A stretch of DNA of 26,265 bases, from contig JAFGOA010000078.1 of assembly GCA_016926735.1 (NCBI GenBank), forward strand, positions 1 to 26,265. Reading direction: 5' to 3'. The notes beneath the pieces were generated by a model that was not told the DNA's origin, made no database searches, and saw only the letters and a program-made list of their open reading frames with translations. Source of the stretch: Promethearchaeota archaeon. GTDB lineage: Archaea; Asgardarchaeota; Lokiarchaeia; Sigyniarchaeales; SOKP01. Made by a program: the position numbers and the translations under genes. Shown here piece by piece: positions 8,379-18,160 of the stretch (the first letter of the stretch is position 1; each line of letters opens with the position of its first letter).

Positions 8379-9998
8379 CTACATATATGTTATAACAACA
8401 TTAAATTTTTTAATAACAGAGTTTTCTTTAGCTTCTCCTAAAGGGATGAGGGCCACAATTGCATTACTATCAATTTTTAAATCAGCTTTAAGTTTTAAAT
8501 TAGGAACTTTTAATGATTCTACATAGGGATTCCAATAAAACTCTTTAGTCATTGGATTTGTCATAATCCATAGATCTGGATCTAGATCATAACCACTCAT
8601 AGTCATAGCTTTAAAAATATATTCAACATCCGCATCGAAGGGTACTACTATTTGAACATTTTCTTCACCTTCAATATTTCCACACGCAAGACAGGATTCT
8701 CGCTTTTGAATTTCCAAACAGTCAAATTGTCCATAAACGCCATTATAATTAATATATGAAGGATACATAGGTGGACCAATATTCCTTCCTTTAACTCTAA
8801 ATAATAACTTTAATGCTTCTTGGGATTCTATACTGGAAATGATAGAACTCACAGTTTGAATAGCAGCGATTTTATTTTCTAAAATATTTTCCATTTCTTC
8901 AAATTTATAATCGGGTCCAAAGGTTTTTCTAATATTTTCTTTCCATTCATTTACTTCTTGTTCTGTGAGAGTTTGTAATTTTTCTAAAGGAATATTTTCT
9001 TCAAATACTCGATTTCTCAATGCCTCTAATTCATTTTGAGCTAATTCAATTAAAAAATTAACATCATCATCTTTATTGAAATCAGGTTTTTTTCCATATT
9101 TTTTTTGAAAATCGACTTCTGCTTTTATGACACAATGATTTCTATTTCTTGGTAAACCTTTAAGTGTACAAGCTGCTACTAATTTATTAGCTGGGGGAGG
9201 AATTGGAACTAAACATCTATAACAAGCTGTTTGATTCATTTTATTAGGAGCATAATCTTCATCAAACTTATATTTTATATTATCACGTATTTTTTCAATA
9301 ACAGGCTCGATTTTTTCTTCTCGAATTTTATCAATTTCATTTTCCAATTCTTCAATTTTAGCTCTAGCAGAAAAATATTCAGGATAATCATCTTCATTAA
9401 GTTTCCATAACTCAGATTCTAAAATTTTCTCAATTTCTTTCTCACGAGAACCATAATCAAGATTTGATCCTTTAGGAATTATTATTTGAACATGACCTTC
9501 AAAACCTACAGTTCCTCCTTCTACAATAGGTTTTTTTAATCTTAAACATATTTTATTCAGATCTAATCTGGCATTAAAATTATCTAAGGCCATAATAATA
9601 ACATCTGCCTCTTCATAGACAGACATAGGTAATTTTTGAAGTTTTTCAAAATAGAAATTTATTTTCAAAAAGGGATTCATTTCCTTTAATCGTTCAGCGG
9701 CTACTTCTGCTTTAGGTCTACCTTCATCTCCTGGCTTAAATAACATTTGACGGGATAAATTTGACGTTTCAATTGTGTCTAAATCAATTAATATTAATTT
9801 TCCAATTCCCATTAAAGCAAAGTCTTTAGCGATCTCACATCCTTACGTGTATGTTATTAATTATAACAAACTTAACGCGCCCACACCAACAATCATTATA
9901 GTCCCATTATCGAGAATGTCTTGATTCCAACCATCTATGAGTTGTTGTCTAGAATACATTCTTGATTTTTTTCTTTCTACATTTTTATTATCAATCAT
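8379..9998 (-). CDS. Ubiquitin-like activating enzyme E1 (ThiF family, UBA3/UBA2-like), spliced: exon 1 9998-9873, exon 2 9842-8379; about 529 aa
   Basis: Exon 1 reads MIDNK...MYSRQQLIDGWNQDILDNGTIMIVGVGAL. Exon 2 reads GCEIAKDFALMGIGKLILIDLDTIETSNLSRQMLF...KAEVAA...ALDNFNAR...GTVGFEG, then CYRC, catalytic ACTLKGLPRNRNHC and CLAC. Confidence 0.9.
9843..9872 (-). other. 30-nt BHB-type mRNA intron in the E1 gene
   Basis: mRNA: GCGU-UA^A-GUUUGUUAU-AAUUA-AUAACAUAC-ACGU-AA^G. It has a 4-bp central helix, 3-nt bulges, a 9-bp intron stem with one U.U mismatch and two in-frame UAA; excision restores GALGCE. Confidence 0.85.
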
Positions 9999-10156
9999 TT
10001 ATAGATCAAAATTATTCTAATTAAGATATTATATCAAAATAAAAACGCAATAATATATTCTTTTTTTTTTATCTTAAAAATAATAACTTACAACAATCAA
10101 AATATTATCGTACAAATAATGTAATATTATCAGAATAAAAAAGAAAGTAAGTGAAA

Positions 10157-13100
10157 TTATTTTTTTTTCATTGTCTCTCTGAGCATTTTCTTGATTTCGT
10201 TAACATTTTCTTTCTCTTTTTCTTCTTGTATTTTTTGTTTTTCTTTTAATTTTGTTTCTTTTGACTCTTTAATCTTTTGTAAGAGATCTTCTTTCAAACG
10301 GATTAATCTTTTCATACTTTTTCCAAATAGTTTTGCATCTTCCTTAATCTGCTTTTCTTGAGATTTAGTCTTAAGTTTTTCTTTGAGAATTTCATCTTTA
10401 ATTGATTCAGATGCTTTTTGAGTAAAATTACCAACTTGATTAACAGTCTTCTTCATAAAATCAGATTTTTTAGATCTTTCATATTCTTCGAAAATTTTTT
10501 GCTCTTCAAGATGTTGTGTCATTATTTTTCTATGAACTTCCATTTTGTTTATCTTATCTTCAAGTTCTCTGATATTTTTTATTTCAAGTTCAAGATATTT
10601 TATTTGATGATTCCAACCAAGAGATTTGAATGTTTGAATCGCTTTATTATAATAATTATATGATTCATTAAAATGATATTCTGCAGCCGCATGTTTTGCT
10701 TTATCAATATATTCATATGCTTCTGATTGAAGCTGATTAAGCTTTTCTTTTTGCTCAACATATTCTCTTATTTTTAATGTTTTCTCCATTTCTTTTTTCT
10801 TAATTTCTAATTTTTGTCTTTCAATCTCTTGGAGGTATTGTTCATGCTCCCTCTGCCTTCTAAGTTCTAAAAATTTATCTCTTTTCTTTTTATTAAAATA
10901 GTTTATTTCTTCATTACGCACTTCATTGATTAAATCATTAATTTTATTTATTTCTGGTTCCCAACCAATAGTAGCAGCTAAGAAGTCTCGAGCCTCAATA
11001 TAAAGAGAAATTGCTTTCTGATAATCTGGAGGAATTAATTGTAAATATTCTGTTGCCTTTTCTAAAAGAGAATATGCAGTATCTCTTTGGGACATCTGTT
11101 TTTGTAAAATTTCATCTTTCTGGATCCTAATCAAATTTTCATTGAGAGCTTGAGTCCTTTCTCTTCTTTTTCTCTCTCTTATCAAAAGATTAAGATCTCT
11201 ATCTTGTTCAAGATTTTGTAATTCTTTTTGATAAATTAATTGTTTCTCTCTTTCTTTCTGTTCTTTTAATCCTATTATTTTTTTAATAGATTCACTAATC
11301 GAATTTGTAGGAAACTGGATTTGATCTAAAAGTGATTTTGCTTTTCTATATGATTCTATTGCTTGGTCAAATTGAGAATTATAAACAAGATTTTCTGCAT
11401 CATCTAATAAATTAAAAGCTTCTTGTCGTTTATTTTCAATTATTTGTTTTCTTTCTTCAAATTCATGAATTTTTATTTGTTTTTCTTGTAATTTTATTCT
11501 TTTATTATCAAACTCTTTTGCAATTCTAGTTTGAAATTCTTTATCTTCCAATTGTCTTTTTTGTTGTAATTCAAAATTTCTTTGCTTTTCTATTTGGTCT
11601 CTTCGTTTTTGTTCTTGAACTTTAGAAATCATTTCATCAATAAGATGTGTGGGGTAGTTTATTTGATTTAAAATAGTTTTAGAATTAAAATATAATTCAA
11701 GTGCCTTATCATAATCACCTCTTTCTACGATATCTTGAGCTTGTTCTAATAAATTCAAAGCTTTATCTTTTTCAACCTCTTGTAATTGAATCGATTTTTC
11801 TCTTTCCCTAAGTTGAACTTCTTTTTTCTGTATTTCTTTTCTTTCTATAACCATTTGCTCATTAATTCTTTTTTGAAACTCTTCTTCTTCCTTTAATTTT
11901 CTGATCTTTTCTTCCATTTGGCGATTTTTTATTTCATCTAATTCTCTCTTTTTTTCTTTCACTTCAGAAATAGATCTTTGAATTAAATCTATTTCATCTA
12001 TCCAGTTAATTTCTTCGAAAATATTCATTGAATTTTGATATGCAAGAATTGCATTATCAAGTTCACCTGTAGATACATAGTTTCTTGCTGAATCTAAATA
12101 ATTAAAAGCAAGTTCCTTTCTTTTTTCAAAATATTCTTTTTCTTTCTCTCTTTCTCTAATTATTAATTCTTTATTTTCTAATACTTTTCTCTCTATACTT
12201 AAGTTTTTAGAAACAAATTCTTGAAAGTCTTGATTCTGTTTTAAAATATCCTCTTTTTGTTTTTGCTGCTGGATTTCCATATTGAGATGAGATTCTTTCT
12301 TAGTTTTTACACTATTAATTGTGTTTTGGATTGTAGGAATATAATATTCCCAACCTTTCCCCATATCTTTAAGGAAATCTAAAGCATTATTATACTCTTT
12401 AATTGCATCATCAAATTCCTCATAATTAATTAAATGATCTGCTTTTTCTAAGATTTTAAAAAATTTCTCTTCTTTTTCCTTTTCCTCTCTTTTACGAGTT
12501 TCATATGCTTCCAATTTTTGAACTTGTTCTTGAGAGGATATATCTACAGTATCATGAGATTTTTTGTCAATAAATTCTTTAATTTCATAAATTCTCTCCT
12601 CCTGCATTTTTCTTCTTTGTCTTTCAGCAATCTTCATTTCCTTCCTTTCATTAATTTGCCCTAATAATTCCTCAAATGGTTGAATATATGATCCCCAATT
12701 AATTGATTTGAAGAGATCTATTGCTTGATTGACTTGATCAATTGCTTCATCATATTTCTCATTTTTATCTAATTCATTTGCATCATCGATCAATTTAAAT
12801 GCTTCTTCTCTAATTCTTTCTTCCTCATTTTTTGCTTCTAAATATGATTCTTGAAGGGATTGAAAATTCTTTTTTGTCTCAACTATTCCATGCTGCTTAG
12901 GTTTTTGATCGATATATTGTAATGTTTTTTGTCTTTTAATAAGATCTTGAGATCCTAAATTCTTATTGAGATATTTTATCTTTTCCAAAATGTGTTGTAA
13001 TTGTACTCCAGTCCAACCAGACTCTTTTAATAGTTGTATAGCCAATTCGTATTTCTTTATCGCTTTCTGAAAATTTCCTTCTTTCTCTAACCCTTCCGCT

Positions 13101-13384
13101 TGTTCTATAAGAAGAAATGCTTCTTTTTGGAGTTTACTACGTTCTTCTGAAATACCAAGTTGTTTTGATTTCTTTTTATCCTCTAATAATTCTACAAGCT
13201 CATCAATATGATCTTGTACATCATTATTTCTATGTGGTAAATACCCACTCTCTATAAGATTCTTTAATGCCTCTTGATATATCTCTATTGCTTTTTCTAT
13301 ATCATCTTCAGCTTCATATTTTCCTGCTAATTCTAAAGCTTTAATTGCCTCTTGAGCTAATTCATCTGAATCTGAATTTTTCAT
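10157..13384 (-). CDS. Large helical repeat protein: nine MIT/TPR-like modules joined by charged helical linkers
   Basis: The motif A(F/Y)xL(L/I)(D/E)xA...(Y/F)DxAIxxYxxAxxx(L/F)xx(I/L)x(W/F/Y) recurs nine times, mostly about 115 aa apart, with E/K/Q/R-rich spacers. Confidence 0.75.
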   Translation of the reverse strand: MKNSDSDELAQEAIKALELAGKYEAEDDIEKAIEIYQEALKNLIESGYLPHRNNDVQDHIDELVELLEDKKKSKQLGISEERSKLQKEAFLLIEQAEGLEKEGNFQKAIKKYELAIQLLKESGWTGVQLQHILEKIKYLNKNLGSQDLIKRQKTLQYIDQKPKQHGIVETKKNFQSLQESYLEAKNEEERIREEAFKLIDDANELDKNEKYDEAIDQVNQAIDLFKSINWGSYIQPFEELLGQINERKEMKIAERQRRKMQEERIYEIKEFIDKKSHDTVDISSQEQVQKLEAYETRKREEKEKEEKFFKILEKADHLINYEEFDDAIKEYNNALDFLKDMGKGWEYYIPTIQNTINSVKTKKESHLNMEIQQQKQKEDILKQNQDFQEFVSKNLSIERKVLENKELIIREREKEKEYFEKRKELAFNYLDSARNYVSTGELDNAILAYQNSMNIFEEINWIDEIDLIQRSISEVKEKKRELDEIKNRQMEEKIRKLKEEEEFQKRINEQMVIERKEIQKKEVQLREREKSIQLQEVEKDKALNLLEQAQDIVERGDYDKALELYFNSKTILNQINYPTHLIDEMISKVQEQKRRDQIEKQRNFELQQKRQLEDKEFQTRIAKEFDNKRIKLQEKQIKIHEFEERKQIIENKRQEAFNLLDDAENLVYNSQFDQAIESYRKAKSLLDQIQFPTNSISESIKKIIGLKEQKEREKQLIYQKELQNLEQDRDLNLLIRERKRRERTQALNENLIRIQKDEILQKQMSQRDTAYSLLEKATEYLQLIPPDYQKAISLYIEARDFLAATIGWEPEINKINDLINEVRNEEINYFNKKKRDKFLELRRQREHEQYLQEIERQKLEIKKKEMEKTLKIREYVEQKEKLNQLQSEAYEYIDKAKHAAAEYHFNESYNYYNKAIQTFKSLGWNHQIKYLELEIKNIRELEDKINKMEVHRKIMTQHLEEQKIFEEYERSKKSDFMKKTVNQVGNFTQKASESIKDEILKEKLKTKSQEKQIKEDAKLFGKSMKRLIRLKEDLLQKIKESKETKLKEKQKIQEEKEKENVNEIKKMLRETMKKK

Positions 13385-13691
13385 AATAGTCCATTAATCT
13401 CGCTTTTTAAATTTATTATAAAATAGATTTAGATAATAAAATTATTTAATTATTACAATAAAATATATTATTTATCATATTTATTAGTAATTCCATTTGA
13501 ATAAGAAAAAAAAATCTTGGGTTCTTTTATGATAATAATTTACGCGAATAATTTCTAAAATGATATTTTTTAATTAAATATCTGTATATTCAAAATTATA
13601 TATCAAAATTTATTAAAAGTTAAAAAATTTTATATAATTATGCATAGGATTTAATAATCTAAATAAAAAAGAATTTTCTATTTAAAAAATC

Positions 13692-15662
13692 ATGAATAAT
13701 AATGAAAAAGATCAAATAATAATAGATATAGAACCAATATCAAGGAGAGTTAAAATAAATTCATTAAATAAAACTCTTTATGAATTACTAATTGATATTG
13801 ATGTTAGAATAAGGTCCGAATGTCAAGGTAGAGGAACTTGTGGTAAATGTAAATTAAAGGTAGAAAATGGAGATTATTATCTAAATTCACCCACAAATTC
13901 AGAGTTAAAGCTTCTAAATAAAAATGAACTTGAAAATGGTTATCGTTTAGCTTGTCAAACAAAAATAATAGAAAATATAAGACAAAAAGATCATTCAATT
14001 TCGCAATCAAATATGAAAATATATTTACCTGAGAATTTATTACTTGAAGAATTTCAAATTCTAACCTCTGGGATAGGAAAAGGTGTAAATCTAAATCCTA
14101 GCATGATAAAGATCTTTTTAAAGATACCTAAAGCATTATTTAATAATCAAACCGCAGACGTAGAAAGAATTTTTCAAGAAATATCAAAGATTAGAACAGA
14201 TATTTATTTAGAATTAGATATTGATTATGAATTATTAAAAATAATACCAGAATTATTGAAAAATCAGAATTCTGAATTAACAGTTACAATTCGAAATAAA
14301 AAAAGAATAATTAATCTAGAACCCAGAAATCAAGTAATAGAAAATTATGGAATTGCTATAGATATTGGAACAACAACTTTAGTTGGTTATCTAATCAATC
14401 TTAATGATAAAAAAATATATGCAATAGACTCTAAATTAAATCCACAGACACAATATGGTGAAGATGTTATTTCTCGTATCTCCTTTATAAAAGATAATAA
14501 AAATGGATTAGAAATATTGAATTCTTTAATTATTAAACAAATAAATAAAATTATTTTTAATGTATGTAAAAAGGCAAATATTCATCAAAATCACATAAAT
14601 GAAGCGACAATCGTAGGAAATTCTATTATGCATCATATATTCTTAGGGTTGAATCCAACTCAAATAGGAATAAGTCCCTATACCCCTATTTTGCAAAAAT
14701 CAATTAATATAAAAGCAAAAGAACTGAAATTAAATATTTTTCAGAATGGAAATATACATATCTTACCATTAATTGCCGGATTCGTAGGTGCAGATACAAT
14801 GGGATTAATACTTTCTTCTAAAATTTATGAAGAAGAAACCTTAACTCTAGCTATTGACATTGGAACAAATGGAGAGATTGTAATAGGAAATAAAGATGTA
14901 TTAGCAGTTGGAAGTTGCGCTGCAGGGTCTGCCTTAGAAGGAGCACATATCAAACACGGAATGAGAGCAGCAGAGGGAGCAATTGATTCAGTAAAAATTA
15001 ATCCTGAAAATTTGGAATTATCATATACTACAATTAAGAATAAAAAACCTATAGGAATCTGTGGTTCTGGTCTTATAGATGTTATTGCAGAAATGTTAAA
15101 AGTAAAAATCTTAACTCAAAGTGGATTATTCAATAAAAAAATGATAAATAATAAAGATTTTATAATTAATGGTAATGAAATAGAATATATAATTGTGAAT
15201 GAAAAAGATACACTATTAAAAAGTCCAATAACATTATCAATTAATGATATTAGACAAATACAAATGGCAAAAGCAGCATTCTATTCAGGTGTTAAAATAA
15301 TGATAAAGAATATGTATGAATCTTTTAATATTAATACATTAAATATTGAAAAAATTTTATTAGCTGGAGCTTTTGGAAATTATATTAATAAAGATAATGC
15401 AAAATTTATTGGTATGATTCCAGATATTAACACAAATAATATTTTTCAAATCGGAAATGCGGCAGGTATAGGAGCTCAGTATAGTCTATTAGATATAAAT
15501 GTTAGAAAGGAAGAAAATGAATTATTAAAAAAGATTAGGTATATAGAAATTGCTAATGATAAAACCTTTCAAAGAGAATATGCAGAAGCAATGTATTTCC
15601 CTCATATAAATTTAAACATATTTAAAAGTTTAAAAGAATATCAAAATATTCCTAAACGATAA
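13692..15662 (+). CDS. ASKHA-type reductive activator of corrinoid proteins (RACo/RamA-like, DUF4445) with N-terminal 2Fe-2S ferredoxin
   Basis: CQGRGTCGKC...RLACQ ferredoxin motif; DIGTTT, YGEDVISRI, GFVGAD, DIGTNGE, SCAAGSALEG, GICGSG, LAGAFG and GNAA. Confidence 0.9.
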   Translation: MNNNEKDQIIIDIEPISRRVKINSLNKTLYELLIDIDVRIRSECQGRGTCGKCKLKVENGDYYLNSPTNSELKLLNKNELENGYRLACQTKIIENIRQKDHSISQSNMKIYLPENLLLEEFQILTSGIGKGVNLNPSMIKIFLKIPKALFNNQTADVERIFQEISKIRTDIYLELDIDYELLKIIPELLKNQNSELTVTIRNKKRIINLEPRNQVIENYGIAIDIGTTTLVGYLINLNDKKIYAIDSKLNPQTQYGEDVISRISFIKDNKNGLEILNSLIIKQINKIIFNVCKKANIHQNHINEATIVGNSIMHHIFLGLNPTQIGISPYTPILQKSINIKAKELKLNIFQNGNIHILPLIAGFVGADTMGLILSSKIYEEETLTLAIDIGTNGEIVIGNKDVLAVGSCAAGSALEGAHIKHGMRAAEGAIDSVKINPENLELSYTTIKNKKPIGICGSGLIDVIAEMLKVKILTQSGLFNKKMINNKDFIINGNEIEYIIVNEKDTLLKSPITLSINDIRQIQMAKAAFYSGVKIMIKNMYESFNINTLNIEKILLAGAFGNYINKDNAKFIGMIPDINTNNIFQIGNAAGIGAQYSLLDINVRKEENELLKKIRYIEIANDKTFQREYAEAMYFPHINLNIFKSLKEYQNIPKR

Positions 15663-15925
15663 ATAGTTAATTCAAAATTAATTTTTCTTCTTCGTTCTAT
15701 ATTGAAATTAATATAAATAAATAAAATATAAATAGAAATTAAAAAATTAAAACATTAATATAAAATATTGTATGTATCAAAGTAAAAATATATAAGAGAT
15801 AATTTTAATTAAAGATTTAATTTAAGATAATTTAAAATATTATTTACGATATAAATTTCATATAATACGAATTTTGTTAAAATAAATAATAAGAGTATAA
15901 AAATATTTTTCTGGAGAATAATAAA

Positions 15926-16453
15926 ATGTCAAGCTTCAAATTAAAAGTACTTTTAACGGGAGCAGCAGCTTGCGGTAAAACTAGTCTTGTTCAAAGGTTT
16001 ATAAAAAACCATTTTCAAGCAAATTATAAATTAACTGTTGGAGTAGATATTCTTACAAAGGATGTTGAATTTCAACCAGGAGAAGTTGCTACACTCTCTA
16101 TTTGGGATATTGGAGGGCAACAAAGATTTGAATTTATCAGAAGTACATTCTATAAAGGAGCAGCAGGAACATTATTAGTATTTGATCTAACAAGAGAACA
16201 AACATACACTGAAACAAAGAAATGGTTAACAGAGATAAGACAATTTGCTGGTGAAAATATTCCTTTTGTACTAGTTGGAAATAAAGCAGATTTACTTGAA
16301 GATGTAGGTCGTGTTATTGATAGTGATGAAGCAAGGAAATTTGCCGAGGATGAGGGAAGCATTTATATTGAAACTTCAGCAAAAACAGGTAATCATGTTG
16401 ATGATGCATTTACGGAATTAACTCGCCGAATAATTAATTCTAGAACAAAATAA
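15926..16453 (+). CDS. Rab-like small GTPase (Ras superfamily)
   Basis: G1 GAAACGKTS, G2 T in YKLTVGVD, G3 WDIGGQ, G4 NKAD, G5 ETSAK; RabF-like motifs; GGAG SD upstream; no C-terminal Cys. Confidence 0.93.
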   Translation: MSSFKLKVLLTGAAACGKTSLVQRFIKNHFQANYKLTVGVDILTKDVEFQPGEVATLSIWDIGGQQRFEFIRSTFYKGAAGTLLVFDLTREQTYTETKKWLTEIRQFAGENIPFVLVGNKADLLEDVGRVIDSDEARKFAEDEGSIYIETSAKTGNHVDDAFTELTRRIINSRTK

Positions 16454-16548
16454 AAATCTCTTTTTTAAAATCAGCTTAATCTTTCTTAATAAATTTTAAA
16501 ATATCTTAACTGTATTATTATTTAAAATTAATTTTAAAAAAAATAAAA

Positions 16549-17976
16549 TTAATTAGTGCAATTATTGTTTTCAAATTCTTCACATAAATCATCATGGACT
16601 ATGTTAATTCCATCCATTAATTTCTCTTTTTTTACTAGTAAAGAAAGATTAAGTTCATCATTACTTTGAGAGATTCCTTTTACATTTACATTCTTTTTTG
16701 CTAATGCGTTAAAGATGTCAGATTTAGTCTTATTATCTAAGACTTTTAATCCTGTTATATTGATTATAGAAACAGGTTCCCAATTTATATGATAAAATTC
16801 GGAAAAAAACTCCTCACTTTTTAATGCTTTAATTGCTTTTTCAGAATCTTCCCCATTAACAACAAAAGAAGTACTAATTTCAGATGAACTCTGAGCAACA
16901 AAAGAGACACTTATTTTATTTTTACCCATAACATCAAATATCTTACCCAAAACTCCAGGGATATCTACCATACTACCTGAGATAATCGTTATAACAATTG
17001 CATCTTCAATTGCAGAAATACCTTTAATTTGATCTTTATTTGTTTTGTTAGATATTATGGTAAATTTTTCCTTTTCTAAAGGTTTATTAAAATTTCTTAT
17101 CTCTAATGGTATTTTTCTTTCTTCAATTGCTTCTAAACATTTAGGATGTAATACTTTAGCTCCAAAATTCGCAATTTGTTTTGCTTCAATATAATCTAAA
17201 TTTCTAATTAAAAAAGATTCGCTAACATATTTAGGATTTATAGATAATAGTCCATCTACATCTTTCCATAATATTATTTTGATGTCTTTATCAGCACACT
17301 CATCATAAATCGAGCGAGCTAATATAGTAGCAGTATAATCAGAACCACCTCTTCCGAGAGTTGTGGTATATCCAATCTTATTTCTTCCAATAAATCCAGT
17401 AACACAAATTAAGGTATTTTCCTTGGGATTTTCTAAAAGAGGAACAAGATGATTTTTTATCCTTGCATTAGTTAATTCATATAAAGGATAGGCATTGTTA
17501 AAATTATCATTTGTTATTATTAAACTATTTGCTGAAATAAAAATAGAATTTATTTTTTTACTTTCTAAATATTGACTGAGTATATATGTAGATAAGATTT
17601 CTCCAAAACTAGAGATATAATCGATATAATAAGGTTCTAAACCAAATTCTTCTATGTCTACAATACAATCTTCTAATTCACTTAATTTTTTATCTAACCA
17701 ATCTTTGGAATTGGTATAATATTCTGTATCTTGATTGAAAATTTCCTCAATAACATCTAGATGTTTTTTTTCAATTAAAGCAATATTTTTATCAATTTCT
17801 TTTTTATCTACTACATTATGGGCGGTTTTTAAAAGAATATCTGTAATGCCTTGTAAAGCGGAAGCTACATAAATTTTTTTCGAATCTTTATATATATTCG
17901 TAATATCTAATATTTTACCAAAAGCCTCATTATTTTGTAGACAACTTCCTCCAAATTTCATAATAACAATTGTCAT
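16549..17976 (-). CDS. lysC: Aspartate kinase with two ACT domains
   Basis: MKFGGS, VASA..GITD, SFGE, TTLGRGGSDYTA, WKDVDG, FGAKVLHP and C-terminal ACT repeats. Confidence 0.92.
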   Translation of the reverse strand: MTIVIMKFGGSCLQNNEAFGKILDITNIYKDSKKIYVASALQGITDILLKTAHNVVDKKEIDKNIALIEKKHLDVIEEIFNQDTEYYTNSKDWLDKKLSELEDCIVDIEEFGLEPYYIDYISSFGEILSTYILSQYLESKKINSIFISANSLIITNDNFNNAYPLYELTNARIKNHLVPLLENPKENTLICVTGFIGRNKIGYTTTLGRGGSDYTATILARSIYDECADKDIKIILWKDVDGLLSINPKYVSESFLIRNLDYIEAKQIANFGAKVLHPKCLEAIEERKIPLEIRNFNKPLEKEKFTIISNKTNKDQIKGISAIEDAIVITIISGSMVDIPGVLGKIFDVMGKNKISVSFVAQSSSEISTSFVVNGEDSEKAIKALKSEEFFSEFYHINWEPVSIINITGLKVLDNKTKSDIFNALAKKNVNVKGISQSNDELNLSLLVKKEKLMDGINIVHDDLCEEFENNNCTN

Positions 17977-18160
17977 TAATCAATACCTTTTTTTAGCTGA
18001 ATATTAATTATTAATCTTTAAAATTACAATTCTGATAATTTTTCAATGAATATTAATTTATAAGTAAAAGCATTTTAAGAAATTTATAAAATTAAATAAA
18101 CTTAAATTTTTTTTAAAAAAAGGAGTAGGGTTGGAGTATTTAATTACGTATAAATAATTT

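Noticed and set aside
9842-9871. Shifted by one base, the E1 insert reads GT...AG (GTTTGT...CGTAAG, 30 nt), like a spliceosomal intron
   Set aside because: That excision gives GVGAL-R-CE and destroys the invariant Gly, whereas the BHB cut gives GALGCE. The context is archaeal, with no evidence of a spliceosome.
9843-9872. Stop-codon readthrough or TAA recoding of the in-frame insert
   Set aside because: It needs two TAA readthroughs and would put 10 residues into the ATP-binding loop; TAA ends many genes in this window.
10418-10663. 81-aa plus-strand ORF
   Set aside because: Antisense shadow of the repeat protein; Phe-rich composition mirrors Lys/Glu codons.
13541-13549. TACGCGAAT, complementary to ATTCGCGTA in tRNA intron 1 upstream of the D'-like box
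   Set aside because: Only 9 nt, intergenic, and not an rRNA/tRNA target; likely coincidence.
13804-14010. 68-aa minus-strand ORF
   Set aside because: Antisense to the RACo-like gene.
16150-16362. 70-aa minus-strand ORF
   Set aside because: Antisense to the Rab-like GTPase.
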